From NCBI GenBank assembly GCA_030704615.1, contig CM060734.1, forward strand, positions 58,094,001 to 58,158,000: DNA of 64,000 nt, given 5' to 3'. This DNA comes from Takakia lepidozioides (lineage: Eukaryota > Plantae > Bryophyta). This document shows positions 1-13,964 of this stretch, piece after piece; position 1 is the first letter of the stretch, and each line of letters opens with the position of its first letter. The notes under the pieces are model-generated. The model was not told the DNA's origin. It saw only the letters and a list, made by a program, of their open reading frames with translations, and ran no database searches. The position numbers were made by a program, and so were the translations under genes.

Positions 1-329
1 ATTCCAGATTCTTGGAAGCTGTTGCTCAAAGAGCTCCTCCTCCCCCCCCTCCCCCCCCCCCTCCCCCCGTTTCACACCTGATGATTTCTCTGGAACCCTC
101 AGGTCAACTTCCCAACATATTGACTCTTTCCCGTCAGCTGTTGCCTCCCCAGCCCGGGTCTATCAGTGGTCTGCCAAAACGAAGCTCCCCAGTCCTATAC
201 TTAGCTCCAAGAGACTCGCCCATTCTTCCCTGACTACAACAAAACATGTTTGTTCTCATTGGGGGCTCCGGCATCTCTTCCCTGCAACTAGACCAGGCGG
301 AATGGAAATGGGCCTTCGGGGGTAGGGTT

Positions 330-800
330 TTTCCCTTCTTCTCTTACTCTGCCAAGAGGCCAGATTATAGGGCTCAACTGAATGCCACACCGCTTCACGC
401 CAAATGGAATGATAGATAATCGCATTTCTTTGGCAGATAGCCAACAAGGTCTTGAAGGTTGATCAATTTCTAAACTTCGGGGAGACACTACTTTGCCAAT
501 GTTGCTTCATTGGAACAATTGAGTCAATTGAGCATTGTCTCCTATACTGTTCAGGCCCTCAGGCTATATGGCCGCTGGTGAGAGTTTTTACAGATCATGG
601 AGCCTCATGCCCTCTACCTCATTGGTCATCCTTCTCAACTATGATCAAGAGACCAAAAACAAAGCCTTTGACTGTCGAGTGTTTGAGACCCTTAGAAGTT
701 CCACTCTATGGAACCTCTGGAAAGGCAGGTGCGATTGGACCCTCAAATATGAGAACACATCCCCTACTGCTCTCCTGACTATGGTCTTTTTTGATCTTAC
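330..800 (+). mobile_element. Degenerate LINE (non-LTR) ORF2 C-terminal remnant, zf-RVT region
   Basis: Frames give FLWQIANKVLKVDQFL...CQCCFIGTIESIEHCLLYCSGPQAIW and TLWNLWKGRCDW, resembling the CxxC-ESxxHxLxxC-W and WxLWKxR motifs of plant L1-like ORF2 ends; frameshifted. Confidence 0.6.
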
Positions 801-1609
801 AGTAGCAGCTAAAAAAACTTGGGCGTCACTGTGCAGAGGTCGCCAAGAAGCCTGAGCGCAAGCCTGTCCTCCTCAATACCTTCCGAGCAACGTGGGGGAA
901 GTGTGGGATCCTTTGTCGCTGCGCTGATGATCTCACCTATGTTTGGGCAGACAGAATTCCACACTGCTGGCAGAGACACATAGCTAGGCTCTTCGGCATC
1001 CCCGGAGTTCGACAGATCTGAAATTAACCGGAGGCACATCAGGCCTTCCTCATGAACAAGGCTCCATTTCCATAGATAGGATTATTTTATCTTCTGCTTG
1101 ATCTTCCCTCCCTCCGATCCATACCCCCCTCCGCTCTATCCCTCCTTCCTCCATACTTTCATCTTCCCAGGGTTCTCCGTACTTCCGTTCTGCCACTGTT
1201 ACATGTCCAGGGCCCACCGAGGCTCTACTGCCGTTACGGCCTGCTGTGATCCTCCATGCTAGGGTGGTCGCTGTTCTGAGGCAGGTGCCTCAGGTTTATT
1301 TTTCGGGGTGTTCCCACCTTCATGTTATTGTTTCACTATCGGAAGGCTTCTCCCTTCCATACCTGGTCTAGGTAATTGTTCGTTCTCAGTTATCCGCCAT
1401 GGTCGACCATCATGCGAACATGCCTTATGGCAGCCCTCGGGCACCGTGCCAGCTCAATGGCGATCGAAATTCTTCACGATGGTGAAAATAGAAAGAGCAA
1501 GTGAAGGAGAGTGCAAAGCGTTGGCTGTGTTCTGGACACTTGGCCCTCTCCATCCCAGACTGCTGTAGTTGGGTGGCTAATGAAGGTGAAACGCTCGACA
1601 AGTGTGTGA

Positions 1610-2977
<1,368 letters not shown>

Positions 2978-4320
2978 ACGTTTTGAGCTCTCCAACTTTG
3001 AACAATAAATGTCTTTTGAGGCATTTCTCTGTACTGTATGTATGTATAGATTCATGTGGGATAGACATCACAGCCAGCTTGCACACCTTATTTTTAGTCC
3101 CCTTTTCTGTATTTGTTATGTGCTTGTTAATGCATCACTTTTTTCCTTTCCCTTTTTTTTTTACAGAAGAGGGATGGAGGCCTCAGAACTTTATAAATGT
3201 GAGGGATGTAAATATCCTGAGGAGAACAAAGACGAAAAAATAACCTCTGCGAAGCCATGAAGGCTGAACCAGGAAGACAACGCTGCTTAACCCAAAAACA
3301 AGAGATGAAGGAGAGAAACGAAGGTATCAGACTAGGGGAGGTAACGTAGAATTCTAAGAAGCAGCTGAGAGGCACAAATAAGATCAGCAGCAGAATTGGA
3401 GTGAGAAGTGAAAAGAAAATCTTGTGGAAACCCTACAGTAGCATTCCTAAACAGGCTCGGGAAATTAGTATCTGACCACAAGATTGACCTGTTGTGGTGT
3501 GACACAGTTGCTATAGTGATTGTTAATACACAGTAGCATGGAAGTTGGTTTGTTCAAAGTTTTGGCTGTTCTGGAGGAGATGCTTGTGGAACTTTGGCGG
3601 TTGTAGTCTGGTCTTTAAAAGGCTGTGATTAAAGCTTGGCTGCTCAGCCACACACAGGTGGTTTACACAGAAAAATCCAAGCTCACCAAACTTCAGACAT
3701 GAGTGCAGAAAAGAGGTTCTTTGGTGTGAGACTCAGCCACACCCCCTTTGGGGGAAAATGGAGCTAGCCTTGAGAAAAGGTCGAACACAATGCGATGGTG
3801 AATGGATATGAAAATATGGCATAAGTTTTGTGTGAACATTGAAGTTTCAAGATGGGAGTCCAGATTCTGATGGCAGATTATGGTCGGAGCACAGATTCTG
3901 GTCAAGCAAGTGCCGTGGAGGGCCTACGATCAAGTATAATACAAGGTCGAGCACAATCTGGTGATAGTTTCATTGTTGATGTAAACCATGGAGCTCTAGG
4001 CCAAGAATGCAATGGGTATTGTTCTGACGATGCTTCAAGGGATTCAACTCAAGTAGGTAAAATTAATACAGTGGATTCTCAAACATGCAATAGTATTTTG
4101 TCCCTGTTTTGTGTGGCAAGAGTCAGTCATCTTCAAGAGTATTTTTGTCACAGTATCCTTGAAACATACTAATTCAGGGGTTTGAGTTGAGAGGTTTGTA
4201 ACAACTAGTTTTGGCATGCAGGATTGCTGCATTCAATCAGGGACAATTGTTTGCTGGACATCCAACTGGTGGACGGGGTAGAACCTCCACCATCACCGCT
4301 GCTTTTGAAATTGGGTCAGA

Positions 4321-6457
4321 GAGGGAGGCAAGAACTGTTCTGGTACTTGTGCAGATATATGGACACTATGTAAGGCAGGACGGCTGAAAGAAGCTCTATA
4401 TATTTTGAATAAAAAAGGCATTCAGGTCGACTCCAGTACTTATATCAGTCTCTTGCAGGTGTGCATCAAGATGAATGACCTGGCAGCAGGAAAGCAGGTG
4501 CATGCCCACGTTATGCAAAGTGGATTCAAGCGAAACACTATCATACTCAACACTCTTATCAACATGTATGGCAAGTGTGGGAGCATTGTGGATGCACGCC
4601 TAGTGTTTGACAAAATGCCTGAACGGACATTGTTTACATGGACTATAATGATAGCAGGATATGCCAAGCATGGGTATGTGAGGGAGGCTTTTGAGATTTA
4701 TGAGCAAATGCAACAGGAAGGAGTGACCCCCGACAGGGTGATGTTCATTTGCATTCTTAATGCATGTGCCAGCAGAGAAGCCCTGGAGAAGGGTAAAGAG
4801 GTGCATGCTGCCATCATGGAAGCTGAAATTGTGTCATACATTAATTTGGAGAATGCCCTTATTGACATGTATTCCAAATGTGGGAGTGTAAAGGATGCGC
4901 GTGAAGTGTTTGACAAGATGGCCAAACGAGATGTTGTCTCATGGAGTGTGATGATTGCTGGATATGCCGAGAATGGGAGTGGTAGGGAGGCCTTTGGGAT
5001 CTACAAGCGGATGCAAGGGGTAAGGGTGAAGCCCAACAAGGTGACATTTATTTGCATTCTCAATGCATGTGCAAGTCTGGGAGCCCTCGAAAAGGGCAAG
5101 CAGGTCCATGCTGACATCATCAAAGCTGGAATATCATCATATATTAATTTGGAGAATACCCTTGTTGACATGTATGCCAAATGCGGGAGTGTGAAGGATG
5201 CGTGCAAAGTGTTTGACAATATGGCCCACCGAAATGTGGTCTCATGGAACGCCATGATCACAGGATATGCACAGCATGGGTATGGTAGGGAGGCTTTTGA
5301 CGTCTATGAGCAAATGCAACAGGAAGGGGTGCCACCCAACAAGGTTACTTACATTTGCATTATGAATGCCTGTGCCAGCCTAGGAGCCCTTGAAAAAGGC
5401 AAAGAGGTCCATGCAGAGATCATTAAAGCTGAAATTGAGTCGTATGTTAATTTAGAGAATAGTTCATTGACATGTATGCAAAGTGTGGGAGCCTAAAGGA
5501 TGCGCTTCAAGTGTTTGACAATATGGCTGAACGAGACGTTGTCTCATGGAGCTCGATTATCGCAGGATATGCTCAGCACGACCATGGTGATGAAGCCCTC
5601 CAATTATTTCAACAAATGCAGGATGAAGGCTTGAAGCCAAATGACGTCACCTTTGTATCTATCCTGTCTGCCTGTAGTCATGCAGGTCTACTGCATGAAG
5701 GACGTCTATACTCTGACTCCATGACTCGAAATTTTGGCGTAACACCTACAGTGGAGCATTTTGGCTGCATGGTGGACCTCCTTGGCCGTGCAGGGAAATT
5801 GGATGAGGCAGAGGAATTCATCAACAAAATGCCAACGGAAGCAACTGCTTCATTGTGGCGGGCCTTACTGAGCGCTTGCAGAATTCACGGGGATGTGGAA
5901 CTAGCTGAACGTGCGGCAAAAGCCAGTTTGAAGTGGGGCTCCATAGCACCCCGCAGCTTATGTGTTGCTGTCAAATATCTATGCTGCTGCTGGAAGATGC
6001 AATGAGAGAGCAAAGGTGAGAAAATTGATGGAGGAGAGAGGTGTCAGAAAGGAGCCAGGGCACAGCTGCATTGAGGTTGACAACCAAGTGCATACATTTG
6101 TTTTAGAAGACATTTGGCACCCACAAACTGATGAAATCCATGCTGAGCTGAAGACACTGACCAGACAGATGAAGTCTGCTGGGTTCATACCTGACACACG
6201 CTTTGTATTACATGATTTGGAGGAGCAAAAAGAGTCTTCTCTTTGCCACCACAGTGAGAAGCTGGCCATTGCTTTTGGGCTCATTAGAACTCCCCCACCT
6301 CTTGGAAGTGGTGAAATCGACTGGCATCCCGTACAACAACTGCTCGCCCCACAATCCTTGAGATAAACTTGGTGGCCGCGTGGCAATCACTGCACACCCG
6401 AAGATTCTTGATGATGTGGATTGGTGTTCCTCCTGTTCTTGTGGGGATTACTGTTGA
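4321..6457 (+). pseudogene. PLS-class DYW PPR pseudogene (4 PLS triplets, E1/E2, DYW)
   Basis: Repeating MYAKCGS / VVSWNAMIAGY motifs, KEPGHSCIEV, HSEKLAIAFGL. Frameshifts near 5465 and 5955, inversion 6298-6430 inside the DYW domain, ends CSCGDYC*. The N-terminal part (possibly from 3852) is broken by stops. Confidence 0.9.
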
Positions 6458-6846
6458 GAAAACTTCAACCTGGTGGACCCTGGGAGGTTGCGTACATGAT
6501 CCAGCGCATCTGTAGGAAAGGGCTTGGCTTCAATCCCCATAAAGGTTGCAAGGAATTTTTGGTTCCACAATCTTCTTATATGAGATTCGTCAGTAATCAT
6601 CCGACTGGTCTGTGGGATATGACCACAGATTCTTCCTCCCAGTCAGGTCATCAGGACCAGGATTTGTTTTCCTAATAATGTCCAGTTTGCAAACTGTTTA
6701 TGAGCCTGTTAGGGTTACCTCTTAGGCAATGTACTTCGTTCCTGAAGAAGGTTGCAGTGAAAGGATTTTAGAGAATCCTTCAATAACTTTGTCCCATAGA
6801 GTGCAGAGGAAGTTGTCAATTTTCGAAGTTGCTTTCTGCAACCAGC

Positions 6847-9800
6847 GCTAGTGGTGGATCCAGTTATGGTGGCCACAAGTGGTGATGAGCTAGGGGAGCC
6901 AGCTATTCTTGGTGCCCTTTGGTATGTTATGGCACAAGCTATTGTATTTGTAAACGGTTTATTCTACTGAAGTCTTTCTGATAAGAGGTTCTGATAATTT
7001 TTCTCAGTTGACGTTTATCTGCTTGGCTAGGTTGTTCTAGTATGTTTTCTCTTTCCTCGTGAAGAGACAGAGAGGTCAACTAAACCTTTATGTGATGAAT
7101 GATTCTTCAGTTTGGATCATTATGTGGCTTCCTCTTTGTAGGGGCAAACTCTTTCCATTGGCAGACCTGGTGACCCCAAACATACCTGAGGCATCAGCCT
7201 TGCTTGGAGGAGAGTGTGTGAGAAATATCTCTGACATGTGCACTGCTGCAGCTGTCATTCACCGCCTGGGGCCTCGGTTAGTTTTCCCTTCATCTTCTTG
7301 TGTTGCAGTACGTTTGCACCCACTGTAGGGAGGTGATGAAGTTGGAGGGGAGCACAAGGCTGTAGTCATAATTACTGTTAGTTGTTGTGTGATGCTTTCT
7401 ATAGGGGTCCTCTATTTTTGCCGGATATATGGTCTATCTTTCCTATTGATTTTGCCTTTGAACTGTCTGGATTCTCCCTTACATGTACATGGATGTATAG
7501 ATTGCAGTCAGGATCAAATTGGCAGTCTGTAGCAGACCAGATAGTTATTGATTTGAATTAGCAATGGTTGGTGGCTGTTTGCTGTTACGTTTTGGTCAAG
7601 GGTGGGCATTTACCGGGTCCAGGCGACATTGTCGATGTTCTATATGATGGTATTATCACTTTTGCTTCTAGAAACTCCTCTACAAAATTTTCTGGATGGC
7701 TGTTGAGTAGACCATTCTCATCCTGAAATAAATAGATATCTTGGTTATTGGATGGAGGCATTCCTGGCATAATGGGTTGTGGGACTTACATGTTGCAAAT
7801 TTATGTTTTCTGCTAAGGGCTTATAGATGCACAAGCTCAAGAGATATTTATCCTACCTTCTCAGGCAGTTGGATTGGAGTACTTCTGCTTAGTGGGTAAC
7901 CCAATATAGGGTTTCCAGTATAGTGTACAGTATCAAATCCTTGCCTTATTGAGGTCAGGCTTTTGTACCATTGATGAAGATTCTCTTGATGGACATATAT
8001 GCAGGCAAGGAATGGCATGAGCTCCCTGGGCCCCGCATTGAGACGCGGAATACACATGGCACAGGCTGCACATTGGCATCTGCAATAGCGGCTGAACTAG
8101 CCAAAGGAAACCCTATGCTTCCTGCCGTTCTGGTATTTATTCGAAATATCATAATTTCATTTTATTGTTCCAGGCCTATGGATCCTGAGACATTTTGAGA
8201 AGAGAACAAGTGGCTAGTTGCATAGTGGCTCCTGTTGATGCCTTCTATGTTGCTTTTTGTATAGCAGAGAACATTATAAAAGTCAACTGAGAAGAAATGA
8301 TCTTATGGGTCAGAAAAAAAGTGGAAACAAACTCAGATGGCAACCCAGTAATCAGCCACCACAACCATAACTAACTAGTCCATATCAAGTTATTCTCCAA
8401 GGTGGAAAGTTCACATAAATATGCTCTTGAGCCTCAATCTCTAGTCTCTCAGATTTTGAGTGCCCTCAGTGCATGTAGAGTACTTGTTTTGGAGAACAAG
8501 ATGAAACCTTGAGTTGTTAAGGGATAATACTAGAGGGACCTTGACATCCATAGAACTTGATATGAGGAGGATAATCGAGATTGTGGGTAAGATGTGGATA
8601 CCACTGGACTGAAAAGGGGAAATTGTGGTTGGTTGGTAATGTTGGTTACTGAAAAGCGTATGGAGATGACTAGGTAATATCTTTATAGATTGTACTCATA
8701 AGACGGTGTTTGCCGTAGGTAATATCTTTATAGAGATAAAGATAAAGACTGTTTACCTTTCAAGAAATTTACAGAGCCTACTACTGCACGCCTAGCCCAT
8801 CAAGGGGCTAATGGTCTTGATGAATGACTTTTTGTTCATGGATGATGGGTATCAACGACAAGGTAAGGGTTGAACCAAGGAAGGTGGATCTGTTAATGGA
8901 AACATTGACAGGGGAAGTTAATCTCCTGTATGCAGTCACGGATGTGGCAATGAACAAACGTTGGGGCCGTTCCACTCCAGATGCAGTTAGGGGGGCTATT
9001 GAAGGGGGGGCTACTATCATCCAAATCAGGTGCCATTTTGTTTATCCAATTTCTTTCTGCTCTCCAGGTATTTTCCTTCCTAGTGGTCTTGTAGGCTTAT
9101 GGGGCTGTTGCTCATCTTCCTTGAAATAAGAGTTCCATAAGGTACACTGCAGATGCTGAAGGGCTTTGTAATACGTCATAGGCATTCTGTTATCTAATCA
9201 TCAGTTCATCTGTCTTTATTTCCTCCTTTTGACATCTTTCCTTAAGCTATTAAGCAAGTGGGTACTTTTTGGGGGTGGAGGTTTTTTAGCATTCCAAAAA
9301 TTAGATTACTACTGAAAGAAATGATGGATATGCAGAGAGAAGGAGGCCGAGACCGGCGAGTTTCTTCATGTTAGTTTCCATGCTCATATCAACTCATGTT
9401 CTTTCAAATTTAGTTTATGTTTCTTCTTTGTCATGATATGTTTAATCCATTGCTTCTGTTTGCAAACAATGAACGGCACAGGTACAGATAGATGAGAGGG
9501 GACTGAGTTGGAGAGCACAGGTAGATGGAGACATTTGTGATTGGACAGATCCATCTTTTTGCTTCAGTGTAGGCTTGAGGGCTTAATCCCTGGATAGAGG
9601 TCCAGATTCATCTAAGAGGGCGGAATTTCACACACAAGATTACGTCTAATTCCCTGTGGATACTATTGCTTTGAGCACACCAGGGTAGGAAACTGATCCC
9701 AAATGCAGGTTACGCTTTGTGAGAAGGCCACAGGGAAACGTGCTTTGTCAGAGTACTTTTGCACATCCAAGATCCATTGGGTCAGAGGGTTGCTTGTGTG

Positions 9801-9935
9801 ACCAATGAAGTGCTGGCACTGACATCGTGCTAGAGAACGTGACGTGCATTCCAGCATTAATACACAGTGTGACACTTGAAAGGGGGTGGCTGTTGTCTCG
9901 GCGTTGTTTGACCAGTCTGATGCAAGGAGGCGACA
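6847..9935 (+). pseudogene. TH1: Partial thiamine-biosynthesis bifunctional enzyme (ThiD kinase / ThiE synthase), 5'-truncated and degenerate
   Basis: Exon remnants: VVDPVMVATSGD (~6850), LADLVTPNIPEASALLG (~7160), YVLVKGGHL (~7587), [20 protein letters not shown] (~8050), [19 protein letters not shown] (~8925-9029), EKEAETGEF (~9337), GVAVVSALFD (~9885). N-terminal and several ThiE exons were not found, and the acceptor before 7587 looks mutated. Confidence 0.8.
8690..8715 (-). mobile_element. Extremely 5'-truncated copy of the short non-LTR repeat (3' end ...CTTATGAGTACAA)
   Basis: ttgtactcataagacggtgtttgccg flanked by the direct repeat taggtaatatctttataga (8671-8689 and 8716-8734); matches the reverse complement of the end of the 60471-60824 insert. 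Confidence 0.8.
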
Positions 9936-10930
9936 CACAATTTGCGGGAACTTTTGGTGAATACTCTTGATGGCTCAATTTCCTTCAGATCTTGAAGGAT
10001 GCTGGTTTCCTCTTCGTTCTATTCAGAGAGCCAAGGAGAGATGGAGCTCAATGTGGATCGTGACAGATCTGGCATAGCATGTTGAGGTTTTCATCTCATT
10101 TCCCTTGAAAAGGTGACAGTGCCCACCAAGTTGCCGACGTCGTGATGGTGGTCGAGTCCTATCATGTCCAAATGCATTTGCTCAGTGGCCTGCAAGTAAT
10201 CCGTTCTTGCCAGCGTTGGCCATCCTGGACTCAGCTGCCAAGTACCCCAACAGATTCAGTTAAGTGAGTGGAGAATGGAGTCCCATCAAGATGATGCATA
10301 CTGGGGTCAACTGTTCAATATCGAGTACTCAGATTCTTTGAATATTTCCCAGAAAATGTTGCTCAACAAATTCTGCCTCCCAAAACTCACAGATAAGTTA
10401 AGACAAATCCAAACAATGCATCGGGCATGAAAAGAAGATGATGAACCAGTTTTCCGGATTTGGAGATCTATGAAGTTTCGATCTTTGGAAATCAGACAGA
10501 AAAACCATGTGCTGCCTGGAGGTTATAAAGCTCGAATTTTTCGTCTTTTTTCGTTGTCATAAGCAGCTGTTTGGGGCTCTTCCTAGCTCGTTTGGGGATG
10601 TTTTGGGCTGCTTGTCCAGAGCCGGGCTAGAAGAGAAAGAATTCTTGTTTCCTGCTTTCTTAAGCTCTTTGAGCTTTCTGTGGACGTTATAAATTTCTTT
10701 CCTTTTCTTTCTCTGAAGATCTCTCTCTCCCTCCCCCTTGCTCTATAATTTTTACTTCCTGCTCTCTTTGGGCGTCCCAAGTTTGTTACTTCTTATTGTT
10801 TCTCTCTTTCTCCAACCGACTCCGTCAGAGCTTCAGATTCAGACTTTCTCCAGAGGCCGCCCCTGGGTGGGCTTCAAATGAACTTAGACTCGCCTTTCTC
10901 TTTCATCATGAGGCTTGTATCCTTAAGTTA

Positions 10931-11095
10931 CCTAATACTCTCTGCAATGCTCCCCTCCCATTCCAATGAGTCGTCTATAGGATATTGATTTTTTTTTAAA
11001 TAAAAGGGAAATTTCTAGTTAAAATCAAAATTATGTCTAGTTGTATTATGTTAGAAGTCTATTCATAAAATATAAATAAAATACTGCCCCAAATC
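10931..11095 (+). repeat. Dispersed duplicated segment; second copy at about 18513-18956
   Basis: cctaatactctctgcaatgctcccctcccattccaatgagtcgt and tagttgtattatgttagaagt..ataaaatataaataaaata..actgccccaaat occur at both places. Confidence 0.8.
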
Positions 11096-11230
11096 CTCTC
11101 TTCTTTCTGGTTTTTTCTTAAGAAAATAAAGGAGCTTTATAGCCCTTGGAGTATTTCAAAAAAAGAAAGGGGGTGATTAGTTGATGGTAAACTAACTAGT
11201 TAACATGGCTGATAAGTAAGTAGTAAATAC

Positions 11231-11962
11231 CAGTGTTGGTCTGGTATCAACATTTTTTGATACCAGGACTGGTCCTGGTATATAGGTGGCTCTCAACATG
11301 ACATACCAAGGGAACACTGGTACCAGGGATATTTTTCAAGTTACATACCAGTCTGGTATGGATACTGAGAAATTTTTAATCACCTATGCAATGGTATCAA
11401 TACAAATCTGCTCAAGAAATACCAACTGGTATACATACTGGGGATTTGATATCAACATAAAACTTAAAAAACACTTGTTGAGTGTATTATACATGAACAG
11501 CAAAACTGCACATGGAAATGATCTCATTGCCACGGACTGCAAACTGCATATCATACTAAATTATTGCTAATCAATGTTGCATGCACGTTTGCTCTCAAGG
11601 CCAATTTGTGGGCTTAAAATTCTTCATGCATGAGCAATTTGGTTTGAGACACCCCAAGTGGACCTGAGAACTGTCCACCAACACTAAGCTGCGAAGTGAC
11701 CGCCATAACATACTTTCCTACTTCCCGTCAACAAGAGTTGATACCAGTCGAAATATGGTTGCGATACGATTGCAACGAGCATCAATACTAAACCCTAGCC
11801 GTCAACACCAGACTGGTATGGTATTCTCTAACCCTACGCCAAGCCAGGCAATGGTATCACCCTGACTATGTAGAATGTAGGACGAGGCTGGTCTGGTCCC
11901 TGATACCAGGGTTGATATCAGGGTTGATACTCTGGTCTGATACCCATACCAGACCAACACTG
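11231..11962. mobile_element. Non-autonomous hAT-type DNA transposon (MITE), 732 bp
   Basis: Perfect 17-bp TIRs CAGTGTTGGTCTGGTAT (11231-11247 and 11946-11962), 8-bp TSD GTAAATAC (11223-11230 and 11963-11970), many subterminal GGTATC/GATACC motifs, no transposase. Confidence 0.93.
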
Positions 11963-12613
11963 GTAAATACTGGGATACGGTTCAGTAAGTAAGTGTCGTC
12001 TGTCAGGGTACCGTCTGAAGGAATATAAGAAGGTGGCAGTAACTATTTTCAAACCCTAACTGCGCTTGGGTTCGGCGGCCAGGCTGCTGCTAACTAGAGA
12101 TGGATGGATGACTCGCTGTAAGTCTCTGAACGATGAACGTATGGATGGAGATCAGTTATATTTAGATTTTTAGGCTTCAACGTAAACCATTCATTCATTG
12201 AACTAGGCATCCAATATTTTTCTTTTTCTTTTTCTTTTTTCTGTTTCTGTTTTCTATTTAGGTGATTTCAATTTTAAGACATCCAAGCTTCTTTTTTGTT
12301 TTTCTGGAAAATTGTACAACCATTTCGAGCACGAACGTGTGAGTTAGTCTGAATCTGAACCACTGATTGAATTGAATCTCTTGTAGTTGAAGTTTGTTTA
12401 GAATTGATCTGTGACCTAATTTCAATTTCTTTAATCTCAAGTTTGACTAAGGACGACGGGATAGGTAATAATTAGGCAAACCCAATATTCACTGAATCTG
12501 TGGACACTTTCTTTTTCTTTTATTAAGAAAAGAAAAGTCTGTGGACACTATTATAGTGCACAGCAACCGCTATGTTTATCAGCATGTTGTTTAAGGCCTT
12601 GGCCTTGAGTCAC

Positions 12614-12621
12614 TATATAAA
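12614..12621 (+). promoter_or_regulatory. Candidate TATA box of the Gly/Pro-rich gene
   Basis: TATATAAA about 130 bp upstream of the ATG at 12747. Confidence 0.5.
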
Positions 12622-12746
12622 CTAAGTTTTGGAGCGGCTTACCAATAGCTTGTGTGTGCGTCTGCATGAGCTTGCTATAGATTTGGGAAAGAAGGAGAGG
12701 TCTAGGTCCTTTAGTCTAGGTCCAACTAAAGGATTGATTGCTTGCA

Positions 12747-13964
12747 ATGAAGACTGTGCAACGAATTCATACGGTGTCTTTCCTCTTGTTTTTTATTTTC
12801 TTAGTAGGGAGTCTGCAAGCTGATTGTCGTAGAACGCCTGGTATTGGTATTGTTGATAGTAAAGCTCGTCCTTGCGATTTGGAGAGTGGAAGTGTAGGGG
12901 ATGGGAACAAGCATGATTCAGAGAGTGTAGTGGTGGGTGGCACTAGCAGTAAAGCTCATCGTTTCGATTTGGAGAGTGAAAGTGAAGGTATTGGGAACAA
13001 GCATGATTTAGAGGGTGTAGTGCTAGGTGATTTGTACCTCAACAACAAACCTAGTGTTCATAGTCCTTTGAGTAGTTTTGGGCCTTCTATTGGTCATGAT
13101 CTTGGAGCCCTAGCAAGTCCTCTAGGGCCCAATGGTGATGGTTCTCAGAGTAGAAATCCAAGTGATGAAGGCATTCATGATGGAGGTGGAGAAGTGGATG
13201 CGTCTCTACATCCTCATGTGAGAGCCGACCTTTCAAATGGAGATGATATCGGAGGACACAAGCAAGGTGATCATTCAATGGAACTACCTACTGGCAATAA
13301 TCTCAATATTACTAGTGAAAAACGTCCAGTCCGTCCTCCTCCTCCTCCATTTGGAGGTTTTGGACCATTCGGACCTAGTGATCCCGGCTCATTTCCAAGG
13401 GGCGGTCCAGGATTTCCCGGTGGGCCTCCTCCTCCTCAAGAAGCTATGGCATGGGCAAGTGGGTATGGTAATCTGAAGTACTTCGATGCTAAACATCCAT
13501 TTTGGCATCTTCCTCCGTTTGGAAGTTATGGACATTTTGGAGGTGATCCATTTTTGTTTCCCGGCGGCAGCGGTCCAGGATTTCCCAGTGGTGGCTTTCC
13601 AGGATATCCCAATGGTGGCTTTGCAGGATATCCCAGTGGTGGCGTTCCAGGATTTCCCAATGTGAATCTGAAGTACTTCGACGTTAAACATCCATTCTGG
13701 CATCCTCCTCCGTTTGGAAGTTATGGACCTTTCGGAGGCGATCCCTTTTTGTTTCCCGGCGGCAGCGGTCCAGGATTACCCAGTGGTGGCTTTACAGGAT
13801 ATCCCAATGGTGGCTTTCCAGGATTTTCCGGTGGTGGCGTTCCAGGATTTCCCGGTGGCAATGGTGTTCTTGAATTTCCCAATGTGCCTCCTTCACGAGC
13901 TCTGACATGTGCAAATATTGGTACTTATGATAATGAGGTTTATTGCGTTACTAAACATCCATAG
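12747..13964 (+). CDS. Secreted glycine/proline-rich repeat protein, family unassigned, single exon
   Basis: Signal-peptide-like MKTVQRIHTVSFLLFFIFLVGSLQA; two SKA..DLES..G.GNKHD repeats; two ~65-aa NLKYFD.KHPFWH.PPFGSYG.FGGDPFLFPGGSGPG.PSGGF.GYPNGGF repeats. Confidence 0.75.
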   Translation: MKTVQRIHTVSFLLFFIFLVGSLQADCRRTPGIGIVDSKARPCDLESGSVGDGNKHDSESVVVGGTSSKAHRFDLESESEGIGNKHDLEGVVLGDLYLNNKPSVHSPLSSFGPSIGHDLGALASPLGPNGDGSQSRNPSDEGIHDGGGEVDASLHPHVRADLSNGDDIGGHKQGDHSMELPTGNNLNITSEKRPVRPPPPPFGGFGPFGPSDPGSFPRGGPGFPGGPPPPQEAMAWASGYGNLKYFDAKHPFWHLPPFGSYGHFGGDPFLFPGGSGPGFPSGGFPGYPNGGFAGYPSGGVPGFPNVNLKYFDVKHPFWHPPPFGSYGPFGGDPFLFPGGSGPGLPSGGFTGYPNGGFPGFSGGGVPGFPGGNGVLEFPNVPPSRALTCANIGTYDNEVYCVTKHP

